64,000 nucleotides of DNA from Candidatus Doudnabacteria bacterium (GCA_963837465.1 CAWINB010000004.1:650853-714852); one strand, 5' to 3'; numbered from the stretch's first letter, positions 47,249 to 56,171 are shown. Translations and numbers: made by a program. The notes: generated from the sequence alone by a model not told the origin.

Positions 47249-49198
47249 ATGTACGACCCTTTTGACATTAAAACCGGCTCCAGCGCCCCGGGCAAAAAAA
47301 AACCCCTGGACTGGGAAGAGTCGGCCGTGGACACCAACAGCAGCATCAAAGAGCTGCATGATTCCGATCGCCTAACGCCGACTTTGTGGTGGCTGGGTGG
47401 TTTGCTGCTCCTGACTTTTTTTATTTTAGCCTCCAGGATATTTTTTCTTCAGATTGTCCAGGGGAAAAGTTTCCGCCAGCTGTCGGACAGTAACCGCATC
47501 CGCAGCCAGGCTATCCTGGCGCCGCGCGGGTTAATCGCAGACAGAAACGGCCAGCCTTTGGTGCAGAATGTGGCCAGTTTTAATTTAGTAGCGGTACCTT
47601 TTGACTTGCCCAAAGACAGTTCCGTGCTGCAGTCTGAAATTCAGAGTTTGGCCCAAACTTTTTCCCTGAACGCTTCGGATATCAGCCAAAAATTGGCGGA
47701 CGTAAACCGTGACTCCGTGGATCCGGTGGAAATCAAACAGGGTTTAACCGGCGACCAGAGTATCCTGCTTCAAACCCAGAGCGACCAGTTCGCGGGTTTT
47801 GAGGCGCAGCAGGTTCCCATAAGGCAGTATCTGGACCCGCTGGCTTTTTCCGATATTTTGGGATATACCGGCTTAGTCGGTCCCGGGGACTTAACCGCGC
47901 AAAACCAGGATTTATACAATACGGTTGATTTTATCGGCAAAACCGGCGTGGAAGCTTCCTACGAAAAATACCTGCACGGGCAAAACGGGGAAAATATCAT
48001 AGAGGTGGACGCGACCGGAAAATTTTTAAGCGCCCTGGGGCAGCAAAATCCGGTTGCCGGCGACAAGCTGGTCTTAAATATAGACAAAGGTCTGCAGGAC
48101 CGCTTGTATCAGGATTTGGCGTCGGTTAAGTCCCCCAGGGCCGCGGCCGTTGCTTTGGACCCGCGGACCGGAGCCGTGTTGGCTTTAGTCAGCCTGCCGG
48201 GGTTTGACGACAATCTTTTTGCCGCCGGCATAAGCTCGCAGGACTATCAAAAACTTTTAAACGATCCCAACCTGCCTCTTTTTAACCGCGCCATTGCCGG
48301 GCAGTATCCGCCCGGCTCCACTTCCAAACTTATGACGGCCACGGCCGGACTCCAGGAAGGTGTTATCACTCCGGACACGGTGATAGTGGACAATGGTGAT
48401 CTTATAGTACCCAACGAGTTTGGAGGCACCCCCGCCCAGTTCCACGGCTGGAAGCCCGGCGGTCTTGGCCCGATGACCGTGCGCGGCGCCATCGCCTTAA
48501 GCTCGGACATCTTTTTTTACCAGGTGGCAGGCGGTCCGCCCAACGGTTCCTGGCCCGGGTTGGGCCCAAACAGGCTGGCGGAGTATTTCCGGAAGTTCGG
48601 CCTTGGTAAAGCATTGGGCATAGACATCCCTGGAGAAAAAGGCGGTCTTGTGCCGGACCCTGCCTGGAAAATGCAGTATTACAACAACGACCCGCTTTTG
48701 GGCAAATGGTACTTGGGCGACACCTACCACATGGGCATTGGCCAGGGTGATTTGCTGGTCACGCCGCTGCAAGTGGCGGAGTGGACCGCGATTGTGGCCG
48801 ATGGCGGCACGGGATATGTACCCGAGGTGGCGCAGCAGGCCGTAGACCAAAACGGCCAGGTTGTTTGGCAAAACAAACCCAAGGTCCTGGTTTCCAATAT
48901 TGCCTCGCCGGCAGTGTTTAAAATTGTGCAGGAGGGGATGAGGCAAACGGTCACCGCCGGCACGGCCAAGCCTTTAAATTCCCTGCCCATAACATCCGCC
49001 GGGAAAACCGGAACCTCCCAGTTTGACGGTTCCGACCCAAGCGCGACGCATGCCTGGTTTACGGCCTACGCGCCCTATGAGGATCCGCAGATTGTGGTAA
49101 CCGTCCTGGTTGAGGCCGGCGGCGAAGGCAATGCCGTGGCCGAGCCCGTAGTCAAAGACGCCCTCAACTGGTGGGCGGTTAACAGGATGGGGAAATAA
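47249..49198 (+). CDS. mrdA: penicillin-binding protein 2
   Basis: APRG.I.DRNG, YPPGSTSK (SxxK), SSD, AGKTGT, HAWF..YAPY..PQI. Confidence 0.92.
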   Translation: MYDPFDIKTGSSAPGKKKPLDWEESAVDTNSSIKELHDSDRLTPTLWWLGGLLLLTFFILASRIFFLQIVQGKSFRQLSDSNRIRSQAILAPRGLIADRNGQPLVQNVASFNLVAVPFDLPKDSSVLQSEIQSLAQTFSLNASDISQKLADVNRDSVDPVEIKQGLTGDQSILLQTQSDQFAGFEAQQVPIRQYLDPLAFSDILGYTGLVGPGDLTAQNQDLYNTVDFIGKTGVEASYEKYLHGQNGENIIEVDATGKFLSALGQQNPVAGDKLVLNIDKGLQDRLYQDLASVKSPRAAAVALDPRTGAVLALVSLPGFDDNLFAAGISSQDYQKLLNDPNLPLFNRAIAGQYPPGSTSKLMTATAGLQEGVITPDTVIVDNGDLIVPNEFGGTPAQFHGWKPGGLGPMTVRGAIALSSDIFFYQVAGGPPNGSWPGLGPNRLAEYFRKFGLGKALGIDIPGEKGGLVPDPAWKMQYYNNDPLLGKWYLGDTYHMGIGQGDLLVTPLQVAEWTAIVADGGTGYVPEVAQQAVDQNGQVVWQNKPKVLVSNIASPAVFKIVQEGMRQTVTAGTAKPLNSLPITSAGKTGTSQFDGSDPSATHAWFTAYAPYEDPQIVVTVLVEAGGEGNAVAEPVVKDALNWWAVNRMGK

Positions 49199-49263
49199 CG
49201 ACCCTTTCTTACTTTCTATGGATCCGCGTGGGCGATAGGGCTGATTTTTGATATAATTGCCCT

Positions 49264-49328
49264 ATGAAACTTGTATTGATAGACGGTGGTCCTGCGTCCG
49301 GGAAAAATACTCTCGGGAATTTATTAGA
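49264..49328 (+). pseudogene. 5' remnant of a P-loop kinase/AAA gene cut by a MITE end
   Basis: MKLVLIDGGPASGKNTLGNLL*; the stop is the TAG of TAGAACCTATTTAAAAAA. Confidence 0.65.
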
Positions 49329-49406
49329 ACCTATTTAAAAAATCCTTTATGGCTGAAGTAGCGGAGTTTCGGCATCCTGCCGCAAAAATTTTTTCCTCTT
49401 AACTTA
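49325..49406. mobile_element. half copy of the ~165-bp MITE
   Basis: Left end matches 32624/52132 copies; no right inverted end found. Confidence 0.55.
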
Positions 49407-49580
49407 TTGACTTTCCGCATTTAAGTTAATATTGATGCTTGTTAAAAATGTCCGATTTTATTAGGTTTTACCACTATAATGATAGCCAGCTTTTTGACAT
49501 TTATTACATTATAATTTACCATATTATCATGAAGACCGTTACAATTTCCAAAAAAGAATACAATGCTTTAGCCATTACAT

Positions 49581-49832
49581 ATGAGAGACCGAGTTAAAAT
49601 CCGAAGTTATTTTGTCGTATTTGAACCCGCGGAGGAGGGTGGTTTTAATGTTACTTTTCCGGATTTTCCGGGATGCGTGACTTTTGGAAAAAATTTTGAA
49701 CAGGCAAAAAAAATGGCTCAGGAAGTTTTGGAATTGTGGATTGAAGAATTAAATGCCAGTAAACAGGTCATTCCAAAAAAAGTCTTCCGGCCTATCATCG
49801 ACCAAATAAGCGTTTCCGTTCCGTTAAAATGA
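49581..49832 (+). CDS. hicB: HicB family antitoxin
   Basis: VVFEPAEEGGF.VTFPDFPGCVTFG...EQA. Confidence 0.88.
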   Translation: MRDRVKIRSYFVVFEPAEEGGFNVTFPDFPGCVTFGKNFEQAKKMAQEVLELWIEELNASKQVIPKKVFRPIIDQISVSVPLK

Positions 49833-50040
49833 AGCCCCTGCCTTATAAAAAACTTATTAAAGTTCTTGAGGCCAGGGTTTTGTAATTGCCAGGCAAAAAG
49901 GGAGTCATGTCATTCTAAAAAATATCCGGACCGGCAAAATGGTTCCGGTTCCTTCGCACGGCAGAAACAAACGCATCTACATCGGGACTTTTTTAGCTAT
50001 CTTAAAACAGGCTAATATTGAACCAAGGGATATAAATTAA
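49829..50040 (+). pseudogene. hicA: HicA family toxin, 1-nt frameshift near 49876
   Basis: MKPLPYKKLIKVLEAR(G)FVIARQKGSHVILKN...VPVPSHG...IGTFLAILKQA once one base is added. Confidence 0.8.
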
Positions 50041-50083
50041 CCCCCCAAAGCATTGTTAGAAGTTATCTTAAAAATAAATTTTG

Positions 50084-50917
50084 ATGAAAATTCTAGACGG
50101 CAGGAAAATTGCGGCAGACATTTTGGATGAGGTAAAATTGGAAGTAGGCAAGCTTCCTTTCCAGCCTGTCTTTTGCGATGTCCTGGTCGGCGGGGATCCG
50201 GCTTCGGCCCAGTATGTAAAGATGAAGGGCGGAACGGCCGAAAAAGTCGGAATAAAGTTTAGGACCGCCAATTATCCGGAAAATATTTCTACCAATGATC
50301 TGGTAGCGGAAATACAAAAAATCGGCCGGGAACAAAGTATGCGCGGCTTGATTGTCCAGTTGCCTTTGCCCCCGTCAATAGACAGGCAGGCCGTGCTTGA
50401 CGCCATTGACCCGAAAATAGATGTTGACTGCACCGGCAGCGTCAATACGGATTTATTTTACGCCGGCAAAGCTTACGTGGAATTCCCCACAGCCGCGGCG
50501 GTTATGAAAATTCTGGACAGCGCCGGGATTAATTTGCGGGGTAAGAATATTTTGGTGGTGGGTTTTGGGCAACTGGTCGGACGGCCGGTAAGTTTTTTGC
50601 TGCGGCAAAGGGGGCTTAAGGTTGAAGTGGCGCGCAGCAAAACGGAAAACATAGATGAGTTGATGAAAAACGCGGACGTGATTATTTCCGCGGTGGGCAA
50701 GCCCAAACTGATTACCGGGGATAAAATTAAGCCCGGTTCCGTAATTATTGATGCCGGGACTTCGGAAAGCCAGGGCGGCATTGTAGGCGATGTGGATTTT
50801 GAAAGCGTAAAAGACGCAGCTGATTTTGTCTCGCCGGTGCCCGGAGGCGTAGGTCCGGTTACGGTGGCGAAGCTGCTGTTTAATGTTCTTAAAACCGCAA
50901 AAATTGATTATGCCTGA
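50084..50917 (+). CDS. folD: methylenetetrahydrofolate dehydrogenase/cyclohydrolase
   Basis: ILDGRKIA, YV.MK, IVQLPLP, VGRP, GDVDF, SPVPGGVGPVT. Confidence 0.95.
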   Translation: MKILDGRKIAADILDEVKLEVGKLPFQPVFCDVLVGGDPASAQYVKMKGGTAEKVGIKFRTANYPENISTNDLVAEIQKIGREQSMRGLIVQLPLPPSIDRQAVLDAIDPKIDVDCTGSVNTDLFYAGKAYVEFPTAAAVMKILDSAGINLRGKNILVVGFGQLVGRPVSFLLRQRGLKVEVARSKTENIDELMKNADVIISAVGKPKLITGDKIKPGSVIIDAGTSESQGGIVGDVDFESVKDAADFVSPVPGGVGPVTVAKLLFNVLKTAKIDYA

Positions 50918-51845
50918 AACAAAAATCCCCGCAAATAACGCTCGCCCTTATAAAATAACAACCGGATTTTTCAGCGGTTTTGGCCTTGCTTGCCTGGATT
51001 TTACCAACCGGCTGCTGGTACTTTTTAATTTAAAAGACAGTAAGCGGTTTTGGGGCATTGTTTATGACAGCGTAAGCAAGCAACCTCTGGACCCCGTCAT
51101 AGTTAAACTGGTTTATACCGATGGTTACGAAATAGAACAAGCTATTACGGATTTGGGGGGCGGTTACGGTTTTTTGGCCCGCAAGGGCAAATTTAAAATC
51201 TTTCCCCATAAAAGCAACTATACTTTTCCTTCAAACTATGTCCAGGGCGACAGGGACGGTGTATATGAAAATTTATACCACGGCGAATTCTTTGTCGTTG
51301 ATAATGACGATGGGGACGATGAAGTAGTGGCCCCAAATATCCCCATGGACCCGCAAAATTTTGACTGGAACCAGAAGGACAAGCAGCGGGTTTTAAACAC
51401 TTATCCTTATTTGCGTTTATTTTTCAGGCGCCTGCTGGGCGTGCTGTTCTGGTTTGGCTTTATTTTTACTGCCCTGCGTTTTTGGGCTTCTTATCAGGAT
51501 GTAAGCTGGTACATTTATTTTATACTGGGGGTGTATGTTATTCTTGTATTTTTGGCCGGGGTCCTGCCCGAACCACGGTTATTGGGAAAAATTGTCGTCA
51601 GAAATTCCGACCTGAGCGCGGAAAAATTATTTTTACAACTCCATCGGCCCCAGCTTCCGGGCGTAAGGTTTGGGTCAGCCAGAGTAAGCGAAACGGGAAA
51701 ATTTCTGCTCAGGGCCAATAAAGGCAGTTACGCGCTTTCAGTCAGCAGTTTAGGCCCCAATAAGGAGGAAAACCTTTTGGGTTCCGTAAAAGTAAAAATC
51801 GGCTCAACAGGGGTATTTAACGGTTCGGTAATCATAGATATCTAA
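50910..51845 (+). CDS. membrane protein with carboxypeptidase-regulatory-like beta-sandwich domains
   Basis: WGIVYDSVSKQPLDP.IVKL, ITD..G.YGFL, two TM helices. Confidence 0.7.
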   Translation: MPETKIPANNARPYKITTGFFSGFGLACLDFTNRLLVLFNLKDSKRFWGIVYDSVSKQPLDPVIVKLVYTDGYEIEQAITDLGGGYGFLARKGKFKIFPHKSNYTFPSNYVQGDRDGVYENLYHGEFFVVDNDDGDDEVVAPNIPMDPQNFDWNQKDKQRVLNTYPYLRLFFRRLLGVLFWFGFIFTALRFWASYQDVSWYIYFILGVYVILVFLAGVLPEPRLLGKIVVRNSDLSAEKLFLQLHRPQLPGVRFGSARVSETGKFLLRANKGSYALSVSSLGPNKEENLLGSVKVKIGSTGVFNGSVIIDI

Positions 51846-51960
51846 GAACCTATTGACCAATTTGACAGTTTTTTTGTCCCCGTGGTATAATCCTCAACAT
51901 AAAGGCCTGCGGGGCCTTTTAAAAAAGGCTGATTTATTTTAGGGAAACCCATCAAACCAA

Positions 51961-52134
51961 ATGTTCCAATTCCTAACCCAGGTTAAAAATGAGCTTAGTA
52001 AAGTAGTTTGGCCCACAAGGGCTGAAACCATCAGGTATACCTTTACGGTTATTATTTTTAGTTTGGTTGTGGCTGCCATTTTAGGCGCGTTTGATTTTTT
52101 GCTGCTGACTGTGATTGAGAAAGTCCTGACTTAG
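51961..52134 (+). CDS. secE: preprotein translocase subunit SecE (absent from ORF track)
   Basis: MFQFLTQVKNELSKVVWPTRAETIRYTFTVIIFSLVVAAILGAFD...; upstream of nusG. Confidence 0.93.
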   Translation: MFQFLTQVKNELSKVVWPTRAETIRYTFTVIIFSLVVAAILGAFDFLLLTVIEKVLT

Positions 52135-52296
52135 AACTTATCTTAAAAATACTTAGGGCCGCAATTCCGTAATTTTGGCGGCTTGCCTGGAAAAACATTT
52201 TTGCTTAATTCAGGTTAAACATCAAAGTTTGTTTGGAGCTAATCCGTCCAAAATTCCGAAATTCCACCTACAAATTATTTTTAAGGCCGGTTCTCA
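52132..52296. mobile_element. 165-bp MITE-like element
   Basis: TAGAACTTATCTTAAAAATA ... TATTTTTAAGGCCGGTTCTCA; internal homology to 32624-32786. Confidence 0.72.
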
Positions 52297-52302
52297 TTAA
52301 AA

Positions 52303-52839
52303 ATGTTGCCTCCAGGACATATTGCCGCGGGTTTTTTAACAGCCAAAGCTCTTTTGCGCTACAACCACCGTTCTTTGACCATTCACCAGCAATCCATGCT
52401 TTTATTCTGGGGAGCTTTGTTTGGCTTTAGTCCGGACTTGGATACCTTTGTGAGTTTTGCCCGGGAAAAGGCCTTTGTGGTCAAAAATCGGCAAAACAAC
52501 CACCGTAAGTTTGTCAGCCACGCGCCAATATTATGGCTTTTTGCCGGACTGCTGATTTATTTTTTGGCTAAAACCGCTTACGTTAAGGATATTGGTTTGC
52601 TTTTATGGCTTGCCAGCTGGAGCCATTTCATCCTCGACTCCATAGATTACGGTATTATGTGGCTGTGGCCGTTTTCCAAAAAAGTTTACGCCTTGCGCAA
52701 CCGTGAAGTTAACTTTAAAATAGCGGATAAAACCTTTTTGGGTTACTGGTTTGAATTCCTAAAATATTACTCCAAAACCTGGACATTTTATACTGAAATT
52801 TTAATTCTCGCGCTTTCATTAATAATTTATTTTAAGTAA
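52303..52839 (+). CDS. YdjM-like membrane metal-dependent hydrolase
   Basis: GH...G, PDLD, HR..SH, SH.ILD...GI.WLWPFS. Confidence 0.85.
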   Translation: MLPPGHIAAGFLTAKALLRYNHRSLTIHQQSMLLFWGALFGFSPDLDTFVSFAREKAFVVKNRQNNHRKFVSHAPILWLFAGLLIYFLAKTAYVKDIGLLLWLASWSHFILDSIDYGIMWLWPFSKKVYALRNREVNFKIADKTFLGYWFEFLKYYSKTWTFYTEILILALSLIIYFK

Positions 52840-52847
52840 TTAATATC

Positions 52848-52953
52848 ATACGGATATACGGATTTAAATACTAATTATACGGATAATCCTGATGCTAAAA
52901 ACGTCAGTATTCGTATTATCGGCATCATCCGTATGTATCAGTATATCGGCATC
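52848..52953. repeat. gene-less inverted 8/9-mer array (empty counterpart of 4013-4485)
   Basis: ATACGGAT ATACGGAT TTAA ATACTAAT T ATACGGAT A ATCCTGAT ... ATTCGTATT ATCGGCATC ATCCGTAT GT ATCAGTAT ATCGGCATC. Confidence 0.85.
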
Positions 52954-52958
52954 GTACT

Positions 52959-53504
52959 ATGTCACGACAACAAGTTACCGGGCAGCGCCATTGGTATGTT
53001 TTGCACACTTACAGCGGTTATGAAGACAGCGTGGCTTTTAATTTGAAGCAGCGCATAGAAACCATGAACATGCAGGACAGCATTTTTGACGCCATGGTGC
53101 CCAAGGAAAAGAAAATCAAGATTAAAGACGGCAGGCGCGCAACTTTTGAGGAGAAAATTTTTCCCGGATATGTTTTGGTGGATATGGTCGTAACCGACGA
53201 TTCCTGGTACGTGGTCCGCAACACGCCCAACGTTACGGGTTTTGTGGGCAGCGGCACCGTTCCCACGCCAATCAGCGAAGACGAGCTCAGCTTCCTTAAA
53301 AAGCGTATGGGCGCGGATGAGCCCAAATACAAGGTTGAGTTTATCGCCGGCGATTTGGTTAAAATAAACGACGGGCCGTTTAAGGATTACGAAGGCAAAG
53401 TCGGCTCCCTGGACGAAGCCCACGGCAAAGTCAAAGTCATGGTCACTATCTTCGGTCGCGAAACCCCGGTGGAGCTGGACTTTTTGCAGGTTAAGAAAAT
53501 GTAA
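52959..53504 (+). CDS. nusG: transcription termination/antitermination factor NusG
   Basis: WYVLHTYSGYE, FPGYVLV, VRNTPNVTGFVG, KOW, IFGRETPVEL. Confidence 0.97.
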   Translation: MSRQQVTGQRHWYVLHTYSGYEDSVAFNLKQRIETMNMQDSIFDAMVPKEKKIKIKDGRRATFEEKIFPGYVLVDMVVTDDSWYVVRNTPNVTGFVGSGTVPTPISEDELSFLKKRMGADEPKYKVEFIAGDLVKINDGPFKDYEGKVGSLDEAHGKVKVMVTIFGRETPVELDFLQVKKM

Positions 53505-53513
53505 ATTTTTTAA

Positions 53514-53789
53514 ATGCTAATAACAAAAAGTAAAATACCTAGGTATGTAAGTGGTTTTATAATAGGAGTTATATTGGCAGTTTTCGGTTTAGGTAAATTA
53601 TATTATTTGCCTCCTCCAGTTGACTTGGACGCAACACCTAATCAGTTCATTATTGGTTTTGGATTACTCTTTATTATTATAATAGGCTGCTTGATAGCAG
53701 TTATTTGCTTAATAATGATAATTATAGAATCGGTTCAAGCTCATAAAAGAGATGTAGATCAGAATAAAACCGGCGATAAAATCATTTAA
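53514..53789 (+). CDS. small two-TM hypothetical protein
   Basis: AT-rich 91-aa ORF with two hydrophobic segments. Confidence 0.55.
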   Translation: MLITKSKIPRYVSGFIIGVILAVFGLGKLYYLPPPVDLDATPNQFIIGFGLLFIIIIGCLIAVICLIMIIIESVQAHKRDVDQNKTGDKII

Positions 53790-53859
53790 TTTTTGAAAGG
53801 CATGGTTGGTCACGGATTCGTCCTGTGATCCCGATCGCGCTAAAAAGCCATAAATTGTC

Positions 53860-53937
53860 ACCATTCCGAGGAGCGCGTCCGACGAGGAATCCCTTATCCC
53901 TATGTTTAAGGGATTCCTCGGATGCGCTAGGGATGGT
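53860..53937. repeat. CATTCCGAG...GAGGAATCCC palindromic element (relatives at 34712-34788, 59563-59652, 61255-61294, 62541-62589)
   Basis: CCATTCCGAGGAGCGCGTCCGACGAGGAATCCC ... GGGATTCCTCGGATGCGCTAGGGATGG. Confidence 0.75.
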
Positions 53938-53972
53938 ACAATGAGGGCAGCGGTCTACCATCGTAAAAACAT

Positions 53973-54395
53973 ATGGCAAAGAAAGTTAAAGTTTTAATTA
54001 AGCTCCAGCTTCCGGCCGGAAAGGCCACTCCCGCTCCTCCGGTTGGTACGGCGCTTGGTCCCCACGGTGTGAACATCGCGGCTTTTGTTAAGGAATTTAA
54101 CGACAAAACAGCGGGCGGAGACATGCTTATCCCGGTGGACATGACGGTTTACGAGGACAGGTCATTCAGTTTTGTTTTAAAAACTCCTCCGGCCGCCAAC
54201 CTGATAATGAAGGCGATTGGCCTGGCCAAAGGTTCGGCCAACCCTTTAACCACCAAAGTCGGCAAAATCACCTCCAAACAAATTAAGGAAATCGCGGAAA
54301 AAAAGATGGCGGACTTAAACGCCAACGATTTGGCCGCGGCGGAGAAAACCATACGGGGAACGGCACGGAGCATGGGAGTTGAAGTGATAGATTAA
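53973..54395 (+). CDS. rplK: 50S ribosomal protein L11
   Basis: [28 protein letters not shown]. Confidence 0.98.
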   Translation: MAKKVKVLIKLQLPAGKATPAPPVGTALGPHGVNIAAFVKEFNDKTAGGDMLIPVDMTVYEDRSFSFVLKTPPAANLIMKAIGLAKGSANPLTTKVGKITSKQIKEIAEKKMADLNANDLAAAEKTIRGTARSMGVEVID

Positions 54396-54396
54396 T

Positions 54397-54546
54397 TGAC
54401 CTAATTATACTAATTACCCTAAGTGCCCTAAGAATAACTAATGTCCAATTTCTAATATCCAAGCATCACGAGGTTTTGGGTATTAGACGTTAGATATTGT
54501 TAATTATTTAGAGTACTTGGGTTAATTAGAACAATTAGTATAATTT
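54397..54546. repeat. gene-less nested inverted arms (outer 9-mers, inner 7-mers)
   Basis: TGACCTAAT TATACTAAT TACCCTAAG TGCCCTAAG ... GTCCAAT TTCTAAT ATCCAAG // TTGGGTA TTAGACG TTAGATA ... GTTAATTAG AACAATTAG TATAATT. Confidence 0.7.
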
Positions 54547-54567
54547 ATAAACTTAATTTTTATTACT

Positions 54568-55326
54568 ATGTCTATACTCTCCATCTTATTCCTCATCCTA
54601 ATCTTCATCATCCTCCCCGGTTTTCGCGTGGTCCAGCAGTACCAAAAAGGCGCGGTGTTTTTGTTCGGTAAAATTACCGGGATTAAGGACCCCGGCTTGA
54701 CTTGGATCGTCCCTTATTTCGCTAACATGCGCAAAGTGGATTTGCGCACCATTACTTTGCCCATCCCTGCCCAGCGCATTATTACCAAAGACAATGTCTC
54801 TTTGGATGTTTCGGCCGTGGCTTACTATAAGGTCGTGGATGTTACCAAAAGTATTGTCGGCATTGAAAACGTCATGTCGGCTATAAACCAGCTTTCTCAA
54901 ACCACTATGCGCAACATTGTCGGCAAGTTCCAATTGGATGAAATTTTATCAGAACGTGACGCCATCAACGGCGAAATCCGCACAACCTTGGACGCTCGGA
55001 CCGAGGAATGGGGAGTTATAGTTTCGGCCGTGGAAATTAAGGATATTGAACTGCCGGAAAATATGCAGCGGGCCATGGCCAAGCAGGCCGAGGCCGAACG
55101 CGAAAAGCGCGCCAAAATAATCGCGGCCGAAGGAGAATTCCTGTCCGCGCAAAAACTGGCGGACGCCGCCGATGTAATCGCGGCGCATCCAATCGCTTTA
55201 CAGTTAAGGAATTTACAGACAATGTCGGAAATTTCCGTGGAAAAAAATTCCACAATAATCTTCCCGGCCCAGTTTATGAGCACTGTTAAGGACATCCAGA
55301 AGTTTATGGAGAGTGAGAGCAAATAG
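54568..55326 (+). CDS. SPFH/stomatin (slipin) family protein
   Basis: KVDLR, ITKDNV, QTTMR..VG, WGV.V..VEIKD, AMAKQAEAERE. Confidence 0.92.
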   Translation: MSILSILFLILIFIILPGFRVVQQYQKGAVFLFGKITGIKDPGLTWIVPYFANMRKVDLRTITLPIPAQRIITKDNVSLDVSAVAYYKVVDVTKSIVGIENVMSAINQLSQTTMRNIVGKFQLDEILSERDAINGEIRTTLDARTEEWGVIVSAVEIKDIELPENMQRAMAKQAEAEREKRAKIIAAEGEFLSAQKLADAADVIAAHPIALQLRNLQTMSEISVEKNSTIIFPAQFMSTVKDIQKFMESESK

Positions 55327-55395
55327 GCATCCTATAATTTTAACATCATATCAAGCGGCGATGTTAAAATTATAGGACGGTAAAATTAATTGTTT

Positions 55396-55423
55396 GTGGG
55401 AGATCTTTACGATCGCTTACCAC
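55396..55423 (+). promoter_or_regulatory. putative L1-binding autoregulatory mRNA site
   Basis: GTGG-GA-GATC-TTTAC-GATC-GCTTA-CCAC stem with asymmetric internal loop just upstream of rplA. Confidence 0.55.
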
Positions 55424-55439
55424 GAAAGGAACCAAGACG

Positions 55440-56120
55440 ATGAAAATTGCCAAGAGAGCTAAAGCCAACAGCGCGCTGGTAGACGCCAATAAAATCTACA
55501 CTCCGGAAGAAGCCATTGAGTTGGCCAAAAAGACGGCCAACACCAAATTTGTTGGCAGTATTGAAGTGCATGTGCATACTTTGGTTGAGGCCAAAAAAAC
55601 CGACCAGGCTGTCCGTGGCACCGTAAGTTTGCCGCACGGAACGGGCAAGAGCAAAAAGGTGGCGGCTTTTGTTACAGAGGGTAAGGAAAAAGAAGCGCGC
55701 GATGCCGGGGCTGTTTTAGTTGGCGGTGAAGATTTAATTAAACAAATTAAGGAAACCGAAAAAACCGACTTTGAAGTGGCCGTGGCCGAACCGGCTTTAA
55801 TGCCCAAGCTGGCACAGATTGCCAAAATTTTGGGTACCCGCGGCCTTATGCCCAACCCCAAAACCGGCACCGTGGGTGTCAACATTGGGGCGATGATTAA
55901 GGAAATTGCCGGCGGCAAAGTCAACTTTAAAAACGACGACAGCGGCAACCTCCACCAAATTATCGGCAAAAGCAGTTTTGAGTCCAAAGCCCTTTTGGAA
56001 AACCTTCGCGCGCTTTACAAAGCCATAACCGAAAGCAAACCCGTTACGGTTAAGGGGCAGTTTATATCCGGCGTCAGCGTAAACTCCACTATGGGACCGG
56101 GGATCAAGGTTAAGATGTAG
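55440..56120 (+). CDS. rplA: 50S ribosomal protein L1
   Basis: DQAVRGTVSLPHGTGK, LG.RGLMPNPKTGTV, STMGPGIK. Confidence 0.98.
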   Translation: MKIAKRAKANSALVDANKIYTPEEAIELAKKTANTKFVGSIEVHVHTLVEAKKTDQAVRGTVSLPHGTGKSKKVAAFVTEGKEKEARDAGAVLVGGEDLIKQIKETEKTDFEVAVAEPALMPKLAQIAKILGTRGLMPNPKTGTVGVNIGAMIKEIAGGKVNFKNDDSGNLHQIIGKSSFESKALLENLRALYKAITESKPVTVKGQFISGVSVNSTMGPGIKVKM

Positions 56121-56138
56121 TTGTTTTTGATCTTTAGA

Positions 56139-56171
56139 AAAGCGTTCCGCTTAAGGCGGGACGTTTTTTTT
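56139..56171 (+). terminator. intrinsic terminator after rplA
   Basis: AGCGTTCCGC-TTAAG-GCGGGACGTT followed by T-run. Confidence 0.75.
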
